From Geobacter sp. (lineage in GTDB: Bacteria; Desulfobacterota; Desulfuromonadia; Geobacterales; Pseudopelobacteraceae), in contig VFJM01000015.1 of assembly GCA_009886055.1 (NCBI GenBank), forward strand, positions 1-42,797: a stretch of 42,797 nucleotides of DNA, in the 5' to 3' direction. The notes beneath the pieces are model-generated. The model had not been told where the DNA came from and did no database searches. It saw only the letters and a program-made list of their open reading frames with translations. A program made the position numbers and the translations under genes. Of the stretch, positions 17,759 to 27,775 are shown one piece after another. Numbering within the stretch: position 1 is the first letter of the stretch; every line of letters begins with the position of its first letter.

Positions 17759-18289
17759 TCAGGCCGTACACACAACCCCCAACCGTGAGGCGGCTTCCCG
17801 GTAGACCTGCTGAGCTCCGGCACTGAACTGGACGAAGATGATCCGCTCCAGTTCCGGATACTGCCTGGCAGCGCTCTTAGCCGCCGAAAGGGCGATAACC
17901 GCCGCCTCGTGCATCGGATAGCCGTAGACCCCGGCGCTGATGGCGGGAAAGGCGATGCTTCTCAATCCGTGCTGATGCGCCACCTCGAAACAGCGACGAT
18001 AGGCTGATTCCAGCAGCGCAGGCTCCCCCTTTCCTCCGCCGTTCCAGACCGGTCCGACGGTGTGGATGACATGCTTTGCCGGAAGCCGGTAGCCGCCGCT
18101 GATTTTGGCGTCTCCGGTCTCGCACGCTCCCAGCCCGGCGCACTCCTGCAGCAACTCCGGTCCGGCGCCCCGGTGGATGGCGCCATCAACGCCCCCTCCC
18201 CCCAGCAGGGTCTTGTTGGCGGCATTAACGATGGCATCCACCGCCAGTGTGGTGATATCTCCCTGAATGATTTCGATGGTTGCCGACAT
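17759..18289 (-). CDS. Macro domain protein (O-acetyl-ADP-ribose deacetylase, YmdB-like)
   Basis: [42 protein letters not shown] and [13 protein letters not shown] are canonical macro-domain motifs. Confidence 0.9.
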   Translation of the reverse strand: MSATIEIIQGDITTLAVDAIVNAANKTLLGGGGVDGAIHRGAGPELLQECAGLGACETGDAKISGGYRLPAKHVIHTVGPVWNGGGKGEPALLESAYRRCFEVAHQHGLRSIAFPAISAGVYGYPMHEAAVIALSAAKSAARQYPELERIIFVQFSAGAQQVYREAASRLGVVCTA

Positions 18290-18350
18290 GGCTCCTCCGC
18301 TAAAACAGATTTGTACAGATTCATCTGTTAGCAGGTATCGGCTGTTTTCT

Positions 18351-18401
18351 GCAACAAAAACAAAACGGCCCGTTGCCGCACATTCGTGACAAGGGCCGTT
18401 T
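18351..18401 (-). terminator. Probable terminator of the ygbA-like / ferredoxin-like operon
   Basis: On the minus strand an imperfect hairpin (AAACGGCCC ... GGGCCGTTT with an interrupted inner stem) is followed by TTTTGTTTTTGTTG. Confidence 0.45.
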
Positions 18402-18423
18402 GAATATTCCGAGAGGGTAGTGG

Positions 18424-19170
18424 TTACCCCTTGATCTGCCCCTGAATTCCGATAGTCACTTCCCTGTACGGAATCTGCTTGCCGCTTGCGGCAAGTGCCT
18501 GGCGGGCTGCTACGGCGATGCCGCCGCAGCAGGGAACCTCCATCTTCAGCACGGTTATGCTCTTGATATCCGATTTGCTGAACAGCTCGGTCAGTTTCTG
18601 GATGTAAAAATTGTTGTCATCAAGCTTCGGACATCCCATCACAACCGCTTTTCCCCTGAGAAAGTCCTCGTGATATCCGGCGTAGGCTACCGGCACACAG
18701 TCGGCGGTGATCAGCAGATCGGCACCCTGAAAATACGGTGCTGTTGCAGGGACCAGGTGAAGCTGCACCGGCCACTGGGCCAGCCGGCTCTGGCGACTGC
18801 CGACCTGAGCAGAGTCAGAAACTGCCTCCGGCGGGGCAAAGCTCATGGCGCGCGAGCCGGGGCAGCCGCCTCCGGAGTGGTGGTGAGCTGCTGCCGGCAG
18901 CGCATGCGGGTGAACCGGTGCCGGCTTCCCTTGGTCTGCGAGATGTTTTTCCACCGCAACTTCGTCAAACTCGTCCGCCTCGCGCTCCTCGATCTGAATG
19001 GCATCCCGCGGGCACTCACCAAGACAGGCACCCAGCCCGTCACACAGGTTCTCCGCCGACAGTACCGCCTTGCCGTCAACCAGCTTGATGGCGCCTTCAG
19101 CGCAGGATGGAACGCAGAGTCCGCAGCCGTCACATTTATCCGGATCGATTGTTACAATTTTTCTCAGCAC
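18424..19170 (-). CDS. Ferredoxin-like protein: N-terminal 2x[4Fe-4S] domain, His-rich linker, Cys-containing C-terminal domain
   Basis: [16 protein letters not shown] and [16 protein letters not shown] are the cluster motifs. The linker reads [19 protein letters not shown]. The C-terminal part carries GCPKLDD and VPCCGGI. Confidence 0.75.
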   Translation of the reverse strand: MLRKIVTIDPDKCDGCGLCVPSCAEGAIKLVDGKAVLSAENLCDGLGACLGECPRDAIQIEEREADEFDEVAVEKHLADQGKPAPVHPHALPAAAHHHSGGGCPGSRAMSFAPPEAVSDSAQVGSRQSRLAQWPVQLHLVPATAPYFQGADLLITADCVPVAYAGYHEDFLRGKAVVMGCPKLDDNNFYIQKLTELFSKSDIKSITVLKMEVPCCGGIAVAARQALAASGKQIPYREVTIGIQGQIKG

Positions 19171-19202
19171 GTGCTATCTCCTTTTATTTGGAATCGGTAG
19201 AG

Positions 19203-19589
19203 TTAAAAAAAGTAATGCCAGATGTAATCCAGCCTGCCGCGCAACATGAGCGTGCGCCCGGCGTACGCCATGATCTCCTTGACCTTCGCCAATTGTGGCT
19301 TGGCATAGCAGTGGGTGCGGCAATGTTTGCAGGACGGCTTCTCGGCTTCCAGCGGGCATTTCAGCCGTCTGGTAATTGCATATTCCAAAAAAGATGCGCA
19401 TTCCGGGCAGAGGGTTCGCTCTCCCGAGCCTGCGGGGAGGGCAAAAGCGGCACGTTCCGCGCCGCAGTGTTTGCCGGTGCAGTAGACCTCGACAAACTTT
19501 CCGATCAGCCTGATATCTTTTCTCTGCTGCTTGGTAATCGCTTCCATGAGTGCGATCATCCCCCCTATCCTCTTCATCATACATGACAC
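19203..19589 (-). CDS. YgbA-like 'nitrous oxide-stimulated promoter' family Cys-rich protein
   Basis: The Cys pattern YCTGKHC...CPECASFLEYAITRRLKCPLEAEKPSCKHCRTHCY matches my memory of the YgbA family. The start is ambiguous. An internal ATG at the complement of 19557-19559 has the better SD (GAGGA). Confidence 0.65.
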   Translation of the reverse strand: MSCMMKRIGGMIALMEAITKQQRKDIRLIGKFVEVYCTGKHCGAERAAFALPAGSGERTLCPECASFLEYAITRRLKCPLEAEKPSCKHCRTHCYAKPQLAKVKEIMAYAGRTLMLRGRLDYIWHYFF

Positions 19590-19677
19590 AGGTCAATTTT
19601 TTCGGCTTTTCCTTTGCGCGGGAAAGCGGATTGTTATATATTCTGATCCGCATATATCCGTTTTTCATGAGGTGCCC

Positions 19678-20187
19678 ATGATCACCAGAACTGTCTGTTT
19701 CGTAGCCAAATCAGGAACCGGAAAAACTACACTGCTGGAAAAGGTCATCGCCGAACTTAAAGATCGCGGCTACCGGGTCGGTGTCATCAAACACGATGCC
19801 CACCGCTTCGACATCGACCACCCCGGCAAGGACAGCCACCGGCTGACCGCCGCCGGGGCCGACACCATGCTGATCTCTTCGCCCGAAAAACTGGCTCTGA
19901 TCAGGCAGCATGCTGAGCCGCCCCCGATCGAGGAGTTGATCGCCACCTATTTCAGTGATGTGGATCTGGTTCTGACCGAGGGGTTCAAGAAGAGCAGTTT
20001 CCCCAAGATCGAAGTGCATCGCCGGGAGCGGAGCAGTACCCTGATCTGCCGGGGTGAGGAACATGATCCAGCCCTTATTGCAGTGGCATCCGACGAACCG
20101 CTTGAACTGGATGTGCCGGTGCTGGATATCAATAATCCTGCCCAGGTGGCTGATTTTCTGTTACAGGCGCTGGCTATCTCGGATTGA
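19678..20187 (+). CDS. mobB: Molybdopterin-guanine dinucleotide biosynthesis adapter protein MobB
   Basis: MITRTVCFVAKSGTGKTTLLEKVIAELKDRGYRVGVIKHDAHRFDIDHPGKDSHR is a typical MobB N-terminus. ATG at 19678 after GAGGTG. The ORF-track start at 19531 is an extension. Confidence 0.9.
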   Translation: MITRTVCFVAKSGTGKTTLLEKVIAELKDRGYRVGVIKHDAHRFDIDHPGKDSHRLTAAGADTMLISSPEKLALIRQHAEPPPIEELIATYFSDVDLVLTEGFKKSSFPKIEVHRRERSSTLICRGEEHDPALIAVASDEPLELDVPVLDINNPAQVADFLLQALAISD

Positions 20188-20196
20188 GCGAACAGG

Positions 20197-20237
20197 AAAA
20201 AAACGGCTGGTCCTCTTTCTGGTAGAGGCGCTGGCCG
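20197..20237 (-). terminator. Rho-independent terminator of selA-selB
   Basis: A hairpin at 20204-20237 has about 13 bp with one bulge and three G-U pairs, and a 7-nt loop. On the minus strand it is followed by T7 (complement of the A-run 20197-20203). Confidence 0.5.
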
Positions 20238-20258
20238 GTACAAGCAGATTTATCTTAC

Positions 20259-22172
20259 TCACCGTCTGCGCAGGAAGCGTTTATCCCCTGCTCTCACCGT
20301 TATTTTAAGTGAATCAAAATATTCAAGAACCGGAATCATGAATTTTCGGGAGAGTCCCGTTATTTCCCTGAATTCTGCCGGGGTTATCTCCCCCCTGGCT
20401 CGGAGATATTCGACCATGGTCTCCGATATCACCTGCAACGGGGCGGGTGCGTAGAACAGGTCATTCTTTACCTTGACGGCACGCCCCTGCCGGACAAGAA
20501 GGCTCAGGTGTTCAATAACGGTTTTCTCCGGAAGCACGAGCATATCGCACAATTCCTTCACCGTCGGAGGTTCGGCCCCGCTGCCCATCAGCATCTCCTC
20601 CAGTTGCTGCTGAATATCGACATTGCTCTGAGCAACGCCACCTGTTCTTCCCGGCAGCCTGACCTGGTCCCGGTCCGCCACAACTCTCTTTTCGTTTTCA
20701 AGGTACTGCAGGCATTGGCCGAAGAATCGCGCGTCACTCCGGGCCGGAATCCTGGTTTTCAACTCCTCCCTGCTGATGCCGTCCTTTATGGGGTTATTGA
20801 CCAGATATGTTTCAATTCTGCCCAGCAGAATGTCACAGAGATTGTGGAAGCTGTCACGCCCCAGGAAAATACGCGGATCGCGAACCATCTGGATCACCCT
20901 TCCCGACGAGAGGGGGAGGGAAAGTGCCGCATCCAGGCGTTTTGCCGATAATCCGCTGCGCAGGAGAAGATCCTGGAAGGAAATCCCCGAGAGCAGCGAC
21001 GCAGCGACAAGACGCTCTGTCATTTCCGGTTCATCGCCAAGGGACATAGACTCCAGGATGGCGAGCGCCTCAGCCGACCGCCGACGTCTCCGTGGCGGAG
21101 ACGGGTCCAGAATAGTTCCCCCGCCGACCGTTTGTGAGGGGGAATAGCTGCGCAGCACGAATGGGTCACCGTTTAACAGCAGAACCGGGGTTGCAAGACG
21201 CAGCTGGGCGAAGGCGCTCTCCCCCGGCTCAAGGCTCATCTTGTCCAGCAGGATAACCTGCGCCGAAACTTCGTATGTCGCCGAATGCAGACGGAGGGTT
21301 GAACGGTGCTTGAGCGGCCGCTCAGCCGACTTCAGGCAGGTAATCTCGACATCGACGGTTCTGGTCGCCCTGTAGAGCCCACGGGGGGCCACGACATCGC
21401 CGCGCTCTGCCTGATTGTTGTCAACGCCCTGAAGGTTGAGGGCGAGACGTTGTCCGGCGTAACCGACATCAGCCTTGCTGCCGTGGGCCTGGATGCCCCG
21501 TATTTTCGTGCATATTCCTGACGGCAACAGCTCGACTTCATCGCCAACCCTGATCTGGCCGGACAAGAGGGTGCCGGTGACAACCGTGCCGAATCCGGCA
21601 ACCGTGAACGCCCGGTCAACCGGAAGACGGAAGGGTCCGTCACTCCTCTTCTGATCGACCCGACCAGCCATCTTCCGCAGCTCTTCCTTCAGCTGTTCGA
21701 CTCCCGTACCCCGGCGTGCCGAGACCGGAACTACCGGCGCCCCCTCCAGAAAACTCCCGGCGACAAAGTCCCGGACCTCCTCAGTCACCAGTCCAAGCCA
21801 CTCCGGATCAACCAGATCACACTTTGTCAGGGCGATGAGCCCCTGCTTCACCCCGAGCAGACGGCAGATATCGAGGTGTTCGCGCGTCTGCGGCATTACC
21901 CCCTCATCGGCCGCGATCACCAGCATGACCATGTCCATACCGCCAACACCGGCCACCATGGCGCGGACAAACCTCTCGTGCCCCGGGACATCAACAATGC
22001 CGAGCTGAATGTCCCCGGGCAGCAGCAGATTGGCGAATCCGAGTTCAATGGTTATGCCACGGGCCTTCTCTTCAGGAAGCCGATCCGTATCGACTCCGGT
22101 CAGCGCCTTGACCAGTGATGTTTTGCCATGGTCGATATGTCCGGCGGTACCGAGGATGAGGTTCTTTGTCAT
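20259..22172 (-). CDS. selB: Selenocysteine-specific translation elongation factor SelB
   Basis: The GTPase N-terminus reads [42 protein letters not shown] and DVPGHERF. The long C-terminal extension has winged-helix (SECIS-binding) character. The start overlaps the selA stop as ATGA. Confidence 0.95.
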   Translation of the reverse strand: MTKNLILGTAGHIDHGKTSLVKALTGVDTDRLPEEKARGITIELGFANLLLPGDIQLGIVDVPGHERFVRAMVAGVGGMDMVMLVIAADEGVMPQTREHLDICRLLGVKQGLIALTKCDLVDPEWLGLVTEEVRDFVAGSFLEGAPVVPVSARRGTGVEQLKEELRKMAGRVDQKRSDGPFRLPVDRAFTVAGFGTVVTGTLLSGQIRVGDEVELLPSGICTKIRGIQAHGSKADVGYAGQRLALNLQGVDNNQAERGDVVAPRGLYRATRTVDVEITCLKSAERPLKHRSTLRLHSATYEVSAQVILLDKMSLEPGESAFAQLRLATPVLLLNGDPFVLRSYSPSQTVGGGTILDPSPPRRRRRSAEALAILESMSLGDEPEMTERLVAASLLSGISFQDLLLRSGLSAKRLDAALSLPLSSGRVIQMVRDPRIFLGRDSFHNLCDILLGRIETYLVNNPIKDGISREELKTRIPARSDARFFGQCLQYLENEKRVVADRDQVRLPGRTGGVAQSNVDIQQQLEEMLMGSGAEPPTVKELCDMLVLPEKTVIEHLSLLVRQGRAVKVKNDLFYAPAPLQVISETMVEYLRARGEITPAEFREITGLSRKFMIPVLEYFDSLKITVRAGDKRFLRRR

Positions 22173-23554
22173 GGAAATATGCTCATGGCATCAACGAGAG
22201 CGGGAATGTCGGCATCCTGAAGTGTGCGGAGATCAAGCAGGTACTGTCCCTTCTGAATCCTCCCCAGCACCGGTATTTTGCGCTCCCTGAAAGCCGCATC
22301 TATCCCCTGGGGGGACCACCCTTCAACGCTGATTGCCATGAGGAACGTCGGCAGATCCAGCAGCGGCAGGGAACCGCCACCAACCTGGGAGTCACCGGCA
22401 ACCACCGTGAGGCTGACCGATGCAGGTATTTTGGCCCGAAGCCGGCGAATCCAGGCCGCAGCTTTTGCTTTCAGCGCCGCCGGTTGCAGCGTCAACATGC
22501 GCAACGTGGGTATCTCAGCCACCGCCTCTCTTTCATCCCGGTACAATCTCAAGGTCGCTTCAAGCGCTGCAAGTGTCAGCTTGTCAATCCTGACGGCTCT
22601 TAAGAGCTGCTCTTTTCTCAGTTTGGCAACAAAACTCCGCTTTCCGAGGATGATGCCGGCCTGCGGCCCGCCGAGCATCTTGTCACCACTGCAGGTTACG
22701 ATATCAACGCCCGCCTTCAGATACTCCTGCACCGGAGTCTCGCCGGTTATGCCGTACCGGGAGAGGTCAAGCAGGGAGCCGCTGCCGATATCGGCCATGA
22801 CCGGAATATCCGCCTCCCTGCCGCACCGGACGAGTTGATCAATGGAGACCTCTGCCGTAAACCCGACTACCGAAAAATTGCTGGTATGAACCTTGAGAAG
22901 CAGGGCCGTTTCCGGAGAAATGGCGGTTTGATAATCCTTCAGATGGGTGCGGTTTGTGGTTCCGACCTCCTTCAATATGCCGCCACTCAACCTCATGACG
23001 TCTGGAATTCTGAACGACCCGCCAATCTCGACAAGTTCACCCCGTGAAACCACAACCTCTTTGCCCGCCGCTATCCCTGAAAGGGCCAGCAGGACCGCCG
23101 CGGCATTATTGTTGACGACAAGCGCCGCTTCAGCCCCTGTCAGTTCGCAGAGGAGCGACTCAACGTGAACATAGCGCTCTCCGCGTTCACCTGTCGCCAT
23201 GTCCATCTCCAGGTTCGAGTACCTCTCCGCAACCTCCAGCATCTGCCGGCATGCGGATTTTGCAAGGAGTGAACGCCCAAGGTTGGTATGAACCACGACG
23301 CCGGTACCGTTTACAACAGGGTGAAGAGCGGGAGCAACGATCTGTTCCAGCTCTGTCACGATCAACCCGCAGAGTTGGCTCTCGTCAAGCGCTGCCGCCA
23401 GCTTGCCGTCTACCGAATCAACCCTGAGTGCTGCCAGAACATTCCGTACCGCCGCAAGCACCGTCGGCCGGGGATGCGTTTCAAGGAGTGAAATCAGGGG
23501 TGGAAGAGACAACACTTTATCAACCCCGGGAATTGAACAGATGACTTTCTTCAT
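22169..23554 (-). CDS. selA: L-seryl-tRNA(Sec) selenium transferase SelA
   Basis: The N-terminus is [16 protein letters not shown]. The PLP-lysine context is [14 protein letters not shown]. Start at the ATG (complement of 23552-23554), 7 nt after GGAG. The track start at 23572 is an upstream GTG. Confidence 0.95.
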   Translation of the reverse strand: MKKVICSIPGVDKVLSLPPLISLLETHPRPTVLAAVRNVLAALRVDSVDGKLAAALDESQLCGLIVTELEQIVAPALHPVVNGTGVVVHTNLGRSLLAKSACRQMLEVAERYSNLEMDMATGERGERYVHVESLLCELTGAEAALVVNNNAAAVLLALSGIAAGKEVVVSRGELVEIGGSFRIPDVMRLSGGILKEVGTTNRTHLKDYQTAISPETALLLKVHTSNFSVVGFTAEVSIDQLVRCGREADIPVMADIGSGSLLDLSRYGITGETPVQEYLKAGVDIVTCSGDKMLGGPQAGIILGKRSFVAKLRKEQLLRAVRIDKLTLAALEATLRLYRDEREAVAEIPTLRMLTLQPAALKAKAAAWIRRLRAKIPASVSLTVVAGDSQVGGGSLPLLDLPTFLMAISVEGWSPQGIDAAFRERKIPVLGRIQKGQYLLDLRTLQDADIPALVDAMSIFP

Positions 23555-23731
23555 AATGAACTCCAGAAACACCGCTATTTAAAAAGACTGTTTATCAATT
23601 GCATTCACACATCTTGAGTGTGCTAACTTCACGGATATATCAGTTCAATGAAGACATGGCAAGAAACTGCATCAGATTACATGCATGAGCAGCAGCGAAA
23701 CCGATATAAAAAATGCTGGTATGAATAAGAC

Positions 23732-23760
23732 TTGTGCGGACCGGAACCAACAGGTATAAA
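23732..23760 (+). promoter_or_regulatory. Candidate sigma70 promoter for tRNA-Sec
   Basis: TTGTGC (23732-23737), a 17-nt spacer, and TATAAA (23755-23760). It lies about 70 nt upstream of the tRNA 5' end. Confidence 0.3.
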
Positions 23761-23831
23761 TAGTGAAGAGCGCACGTATGGTTGCTTTACGCTGAATGGC
23801 TCGTTTTTAAACTTTTGCCATCGTTGCCAAT

Positions 23832-23929
23832 GGAAGTACGTCAGTCGCTGGCGGGCTGCCCGGTCTTCAAAACCGGTGGGGTGGATGAGAAATTCGCTCG
23901 GTGGGTTCGATTCCCATGTACTTCCGCCA
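23832..23929 (+). tRNA. selC: tRNA-Sec (anticodon UCA)
   Basis: An 8-bp acceptor stem GGAAGUAC/GUACUUCC, discriminator G and encoded CCA. The anticodon loop CUUCAAA has UCA at 23867-23869. A long variable arm and a 5-bp T stem GUGGG/CCCAU with loop UUCGAUU give the 8/5 architecture typical of bacterial tRNA-Sec. Confidence 0.9.
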
Positions 23930-23939
23930 TAATAAAATC

Positions 23940-23973
23940 AAGCAGTCAGCTCAAGAGGGCTGACTGCTTTTTT
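23940..23973. terminator. Terminator after tRNA-Sec (also positioned to terminate the convergent kinase gene)
   Basis: An 11-bp perfect stem, AAGCAGTCAGC / GCTGACTGCTT, followed by TTTTTT. Confidence 0.7.
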
Positions 23974-23995
23974 GTGTGGGACACTGGTAGCCACG

Positions 23996-25981
23996 TCAAC
24001 GATTGAGCGGAAATGATACCGTGAAGGTAGCCCCTTTCTCTTCTTCGCTCCAGACCGTGATGCTCCCTCCATGGTCCTTGACGATGCCGTACGACACCGA
24101 GAGGCCCAACCCGGTGCCGGTTGCCTTGGTTGTGAAAAACGGGTTGAATATCTGTTGCAGGTTGTCCGGTGCAATGCCGATCCCGGTATCACCCACCGTA
24201 ACAACACACACTTCCGCCGGGATATCCTCTTCGGTAGTCACCGTCAGTGTCCCTCCATCGGGCATGGCCTGCACGGCGTTCAGGATCAGGTTGGTGAACA
24301 CCTGGCGCAACTGGCCGTCATCCCCGTTAACCTGTGCAAGTTCCGGCGCGAACTCCTTGCGGACCATGATGCCGGTAAGCGGCACCTGATGTCCAACCTG
24401 GCCGAGTATCTCATCAAGCAGCCGGTTGATGTTCGTTTTCTCCAGATATCTGCGCTCCCGGCGGGCGAACTGGAGAAGGCTGGCAACGATCCGCTCCACC
24501 CTCCCTACCTGTTGAGCAATAATGTCCGCTTCCTCGCGACAGGGATTCGCCGCTGGAATTGCCATCTGCAACAGCTCGGCGTTGCCACGGATGATTGCCA
24601 TGGGATTGTTGATCTCGTGGGCCACGCCGGCGGCCAGTTCGCCGACCGCCGCAAGCTTTTCGGCACGTACCAGATCTTCCTTGGCCTTGATCAGGAGCTG
24701 ATTCTTCTCCTCCAGTTCCGCAGTCCGCTCACTGACCTTCCGCTCCAGTTCGCTGTTAAGCTCCCTGATTTCTGCTTCCCGCTGGTTCAGCTTACCGGTC
24801 ATAATGTTGAATTCACCGGCAAGATCGCCGATTTCATCGCTGGTCGTGACTGCGATCTGAACGTCTTTCTCACCGGCTGAGAACCGCTTGACGAGGTTCT
24901 GCAGCTCGCGAATCGGTCGTGAAAGACGTGAGCCGATGAACCCTGAAACGGCCAATCCGACCAGCGAGCCTAACAGGAGCACGCCGCAGAAAATAAGGGT
25001 TACTTTCTGTTTGATAGCGGTATACGGCTTTCCCAGCATCCCCACGTAGAGTGAACCGACCACTTTTCCGTCCAGGTCAAGGATCGGTTCATAGGCCGAG
25101 AAATACCAGTCCTTGACGACAAAGGCAGGATCGATCCATTTCTTTTGGTTGACAATGACATGATTGTAAACCTCTTCGGAAAGTCTGGTGCCTATTGCTC
25201 TCCCCCCGCCCTTGGTCTGGACGTTGGTGTTTATCCGGAGGTCGTCAAGAAACATGGTGGCCGTGCCGGCATCCTCTCCCTGGAACTGCACCCCCTCGTA
25301 GACGATCGTTTTGATCTTGTCCACCAGGTTGTTGTTGCCGTTAAGCAGGACTCCGCCGTACAGGGCGCCGACTATCCGTCCCGCCTCATCCCTGACCGGA
25401 GCGGAGGAAACCAGCAGCATGCCGGAGCGTCCGACCTGCTTGTTGCTCGGCCTTGCCCGCGGGGTCTCTAATATCTCTATGGTTGCCTGGCGAGCCAGAT
25501 CAGGCCCTTCCATAAGAAGGTCTTCAGGGGAAAAGATTGCGGTCCCCGCAACCGCCTCGCCTCTGAGGGCACGTGACACAAGCCGGTCCCCGGCGCGGCT
25601 GTCGCCGAAAACCTCCGGGTTTCTTGCCCGGAAGAGGACACGCCCGTCACTGCTGACGGCTGTAAGCATGTCCAGGCGTTCGCTGCTGCGAAGCGGTGAG
25701 AGAAGGGATGAGAGCCTGGCGTGTCTGCCGTTTGCAAACACCGTGGCGGTAAAGGGAGCGTTGGCCGTGAGACTAACCACATCACGGATATGGGCAACTT
25801 CGGAAAGATAAATCTCCCGGGCCGAATTGAGGTCGGTCCTGACCTTTTCCTGCGCCTGGCGGACAACAGAGGAATTGATGGTGTAAATACCGGCCAGCGA
25901 GCAGATCATGATGGCGACAAATAGCGGCAACAACGCGCCGATTGTCAGTTTGACCCGTATGGAGAAACGCTTTAGAGGCAT
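23996..25981 (-). CDS. Sensor histidine kinase: large periplasmic (Cache-like?) domain, HAMP, HisKA, HATPase_c
   Basis: Two TM helices flank a ~290-aa extracytoplasmic region. The HAMP segment is RPIRELQNLVKRFSAGEKD...IGDLAGEFNIM. The H-box is AGVAHEINNPMAII, and the N/G boxes are NLILNAVQAM, DTGIGI and GTGLGLSVS. Confidence 0.85.
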   Translation of the reverse strand: MPLKRFSIRVKLTIGALLPLFVAIMICSLAGIYTINSSVVRQAQEKVRTDLNSAREIYLSEVAHIRDVVSLTANAPFTATVFANGRHARLSSLLSPLRSSERLDMLTAVSSDGRVLFRARNPEVFGDSRAGDRLVSRALRGEAVAGTAIFSPEDLLMEGPDLARQATIEILETPRARPSNKQVGRSGMLLVSSAPVRDEAGRIVGALYGGVLLNGNNNLVDKIKTIVYEGVQFQGEDAGTATMFLDDLRINTNVQTKGGGRAIGTRLSEEVYNHVIVNQKKWIDPAFVVKDWYFSAYEPILDLDGKVVGSLYVGMLGKPYTAIKQKVTLIFCGVLLLGSLVGLAVSGFIGSRLSRPIRELQNLVKRFSAGEKDVQIAVTTSDEIGDLAGEFNIMTGKLNQREAEIRELNSELERKVSERTAELEEKNQLLIKAKEDLVRAEKLAAVGELAAGVAHEINNPMAIIRGNAELLQMAIPAANPCREEADIIAQQVGRVERIVASLLQFARRERRYLEKTNINRLLDEILGQVGHQVPLTGIMVRKEFAPELAQVNGDDGQLRQVFTNLILNAVQAMPDGGTLTVTTEEDIPAEVCVVTVGDTGIGIAPDNLQQIFNPFFTTKATGTGLGLSVSYGIVKDHGGSITVWSEEEKGATFTVSFPLNR

Positions 25982-26004
25982 GATCCTTCTCTTTTGACTT
26001 GGTA

Positions 26005-27402
26005 TCAGTCGGTTTCGGATACCCCTTCGGGAACATTCAGCGCGTATTCGGCAATCTTCCTGCCCAGGGTCTTTCGGGTAATGCCGAGCAGTTCGGCAGT
26101 GCGAGTCTTGTGGTAACCGGTTTTTTCCAATAGTTTGATAATGTGCGCCCGCTCGACTCTTTCGAGTGAAGTCGGCGCTTCTTCCGCCGGTGAAGAGGAA
26201 AGGTCGTCACCCCCCCGGATGGGTAGAAGGTCCTCGCTGACCTCATTCCCCCTGGCCAGTATCACGGCACGCTCCATGACGTTTTTCAGCTCCCGGATGT
26301 TTCCCGGCCAGTTGTATTCGCCAAGGAGCCGCAGGGCGCCACTGGTAATGCCTGTGACCTTTTTTTTGGTACGCTGGGAATATTTATTGAGCAGAAACCG
26401 GGCAAGGGGTTCAATATCCTCTTTTCTTTCTCTCAGCGGCGGAAGCGTGATTTTTATGACGTTCAGCCGGTAGTAGAGGTCTTCACGGAAGCGCCCCTCT
26501 TTTATCTCTTTTTCCAGGTTTTTATTGGTCGCGGCCACAAAGCGGATATCGACGGATTTTGACTTTGTGGAGCCGACCGGGAGGAAGTCCCGTTCCTGGA
26601 TGACACGCAGAAGCTTGACCTGGAGGGCCGGGCTTATATCACCGATTTCGTCCAGCAGGAGGGTGCCGCCGTTGGCCTCCTCCAGTAGTCCTTTTTGGGC
26701 AGTAACAGCGCCGGTGAACGCACCACGGATATGACCGAACAGCTGGCTTTCCAGCAGCGAGTCGGTCAGGGCTGCGCAATTGATGGAGAGAAAACGCTGC
26801 CCTTTGCGCGGGCTGTTGTAGTGGATGGCCCTGGCGATCAGCTCCTTGCCGGTCCCGGATTCTCCTTGAACGATAATATTGGCTTCACTTTCCGCTACCT
26901 GGAGGGTGAGCTCGTATACATCGCGAAACTTTTTACTGGCAAAGACTATTTCGCCGGGTGCCGACTGCCTGCTTAACTTCTCTTTGAGATCGCGATTTTC
27001 ATTAATCAGGAATTCTCTTTCCAATGCCTTTTGCAATACTCCCAGGATTTTTTCCTTGGGAAAGGGCTTGGTTATATAGTCGTATGCTCCAAGCTTGATC
27101 GCTTCAACCGCCGAATCTATGGTGCCGTAGGCGGTCATCACCACAATTGGCAGAGCGGGGCGCAGTCTGGCGACCCTTTTCAGTATTTCAATCCCGTCCA
27201 TTCCCGGCATTCTTATGTCCTGCAAGAGCAGGTCGGGGCCGCCGCTTTCATCATTCTCCAGGCGACGCAAAAGCGCCGCGCCGTCGCCGAAGGTTTCAAC
27301 AGTGAGGCCGTGCGATTGCAGCATTTTCTTCAGATAGCGCCGCATCCCTTCTTCATCGTCGCAGATGAGTATCTTTCCTTCGAGCAACTCGCTTCCATTC
27401 AT
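26005..27402 (-). CDS. Sigma54-dependent response regulator (NtrC/AtoC/ZraR family: REC, AAA+, Fis-type HTH)
   Basis: The receiver reads ILICDDEEG...LLLQDIRMPGMDG. The AAA+ domain has GESGTGKELIARAIH and the GAFTGA motif (RGAFTGA). The C-terminal HTH is RTAELLGITRKTLGRKI. Confidence 0.9.
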   Translation of the reverse strand: MNGSELLEGKILICDDEEGMRRYLKKMLQSHGLTVETFGDGAALLRRLENDESGGPDLLLQDIRMPGMDGIEILKRVARLRPALPIVVMTAYGTIDSAVEAIKLGAYDYITKPFPKEKILGVLQKALEREFLINENRDLKEKLSRQSAPGEIVFASKKFRDVYELTLQVAESEANIIVQGESGTGKELIARAIHYNSPRKGQRFLSINCAALTDSLLESQLFGHIRGAFTGAVTAQKGLLEEANGGTLLLDEIGDISPALQVKLLRVIQERDFLPVGSTKSKSVDIRFVAATNKNLEKEIKEGRFREDLYYRLNVIKITLPPLRERKEDIEPLARFLLNKYSQRTKKKVTGITSGALRLLGEYNWPGNIRELKNVMERAVILARGNEVSEDLLPIRGGDDLSSSPAEEAPTSLERVERAHIIKLLEKTGYHKTRTAELLGITRKTLGRKIAEYALNVPEGVSETD

Positions 27403-27565
27403 ATACTTAAATTTCCCTGTTCATGTGGCCGGTGGGACAAAATGATCCGAACAAAGGCCAAAAATACCCGCTAACGCTTCTTCAGTATTCCCGTTCATCA
27501 ACCGGGCGTTTTTTATACAAAAGCATAATCAATATGTTGCGGTATTAAACCGACGTTTTGATAAT

Positions 27566-27581
27566 TGGAATGCATATTGCT
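27566..27581 (+). promoter_or_regulatory. Candidate sigma54 (-24/-12) promoter for the formate dehydrogenase operon
   Basis: TGGAATGCATATTGCT carries the invariant GG and GC dinucleotides at the canonical GG-N10-GC spacing and a good -12 TTGCT. It lies upstream of the structured leader RNA and is divergent from the sigma54 activator gene. Confidence 0.3.
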
Positions 27582-27690
27582 TATGAAGTGAACCTGCAAC
27601 CGATCATATCGGAATCTTTGGAATAATTAAACACAAATATGAATACACCGTTTGCAGAAATTCTGTTGTTAGCAAGTTATTAAACGTATC

Positions 27691-27775
27691 CATCTCCGAG
27701 CCGCACCAGCCTAAGGAAACGGATTCTATGGCATGCGGCCTGCGGGTAACGCCGGAAACGGCGCTGCCCTCCTTT
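27691..27775 (+). promoter_or_regulatory. Structured 5' leader RNA with GAAA tetraloop and 11-nt tetraloop receptor; candidate Moco/Tuco (molybdenum/tungsten cofactor) riboswitch
   Basis: CUCCGAGCC lies at 27694-27702. Hairpin 27701-27738 holds the canonical receptor halves CCUAAG (27710-27715) and UAUGG (27727-27731) on opposite strands. Hairpin 27744-27769 (GGGUAAC-GCCG-GAAA-CGGC-GCUGCCC) has its GAAA loop at 27755-27758. The 3' tail CCUCCUUU is complementary to the fdnG SD. Confidence 0.45.

Noticed and set aside
17759-18289. The macro-domain protein as the antitoxin of a DarTG-like toxin-antitoxin pair.
   Set aside because: No DarT-like or other ADP-ribosyltransferase gene is adjacent. 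The sequence looks like the stand-alone YmdB-type deacetylase.
19627-19660. CGGATTGTTATATATTCTGATCCGCATATATCCG between the ygbA-like gene and mobB, as a ModE-type (TATATA half-site) operator.
   Set aside because: The two halves are not a clean palindrome. The spacing does not match the ModE box as I remember it. TATATA strings here may simply be the -10 elements of the divergent promoters.
27729-27744. Second sigma54-like sequence, TGGCATGCGGCCTGCG, with correct GG-N10-GC spacing.
   Set aside because: It lies inside the structured leader. Its TGG is part of the UAUGG receptor half and the rest forms helix strands, so the match is better explained by RNA structure. It is retained only as an alternative to test by 5' mapping.
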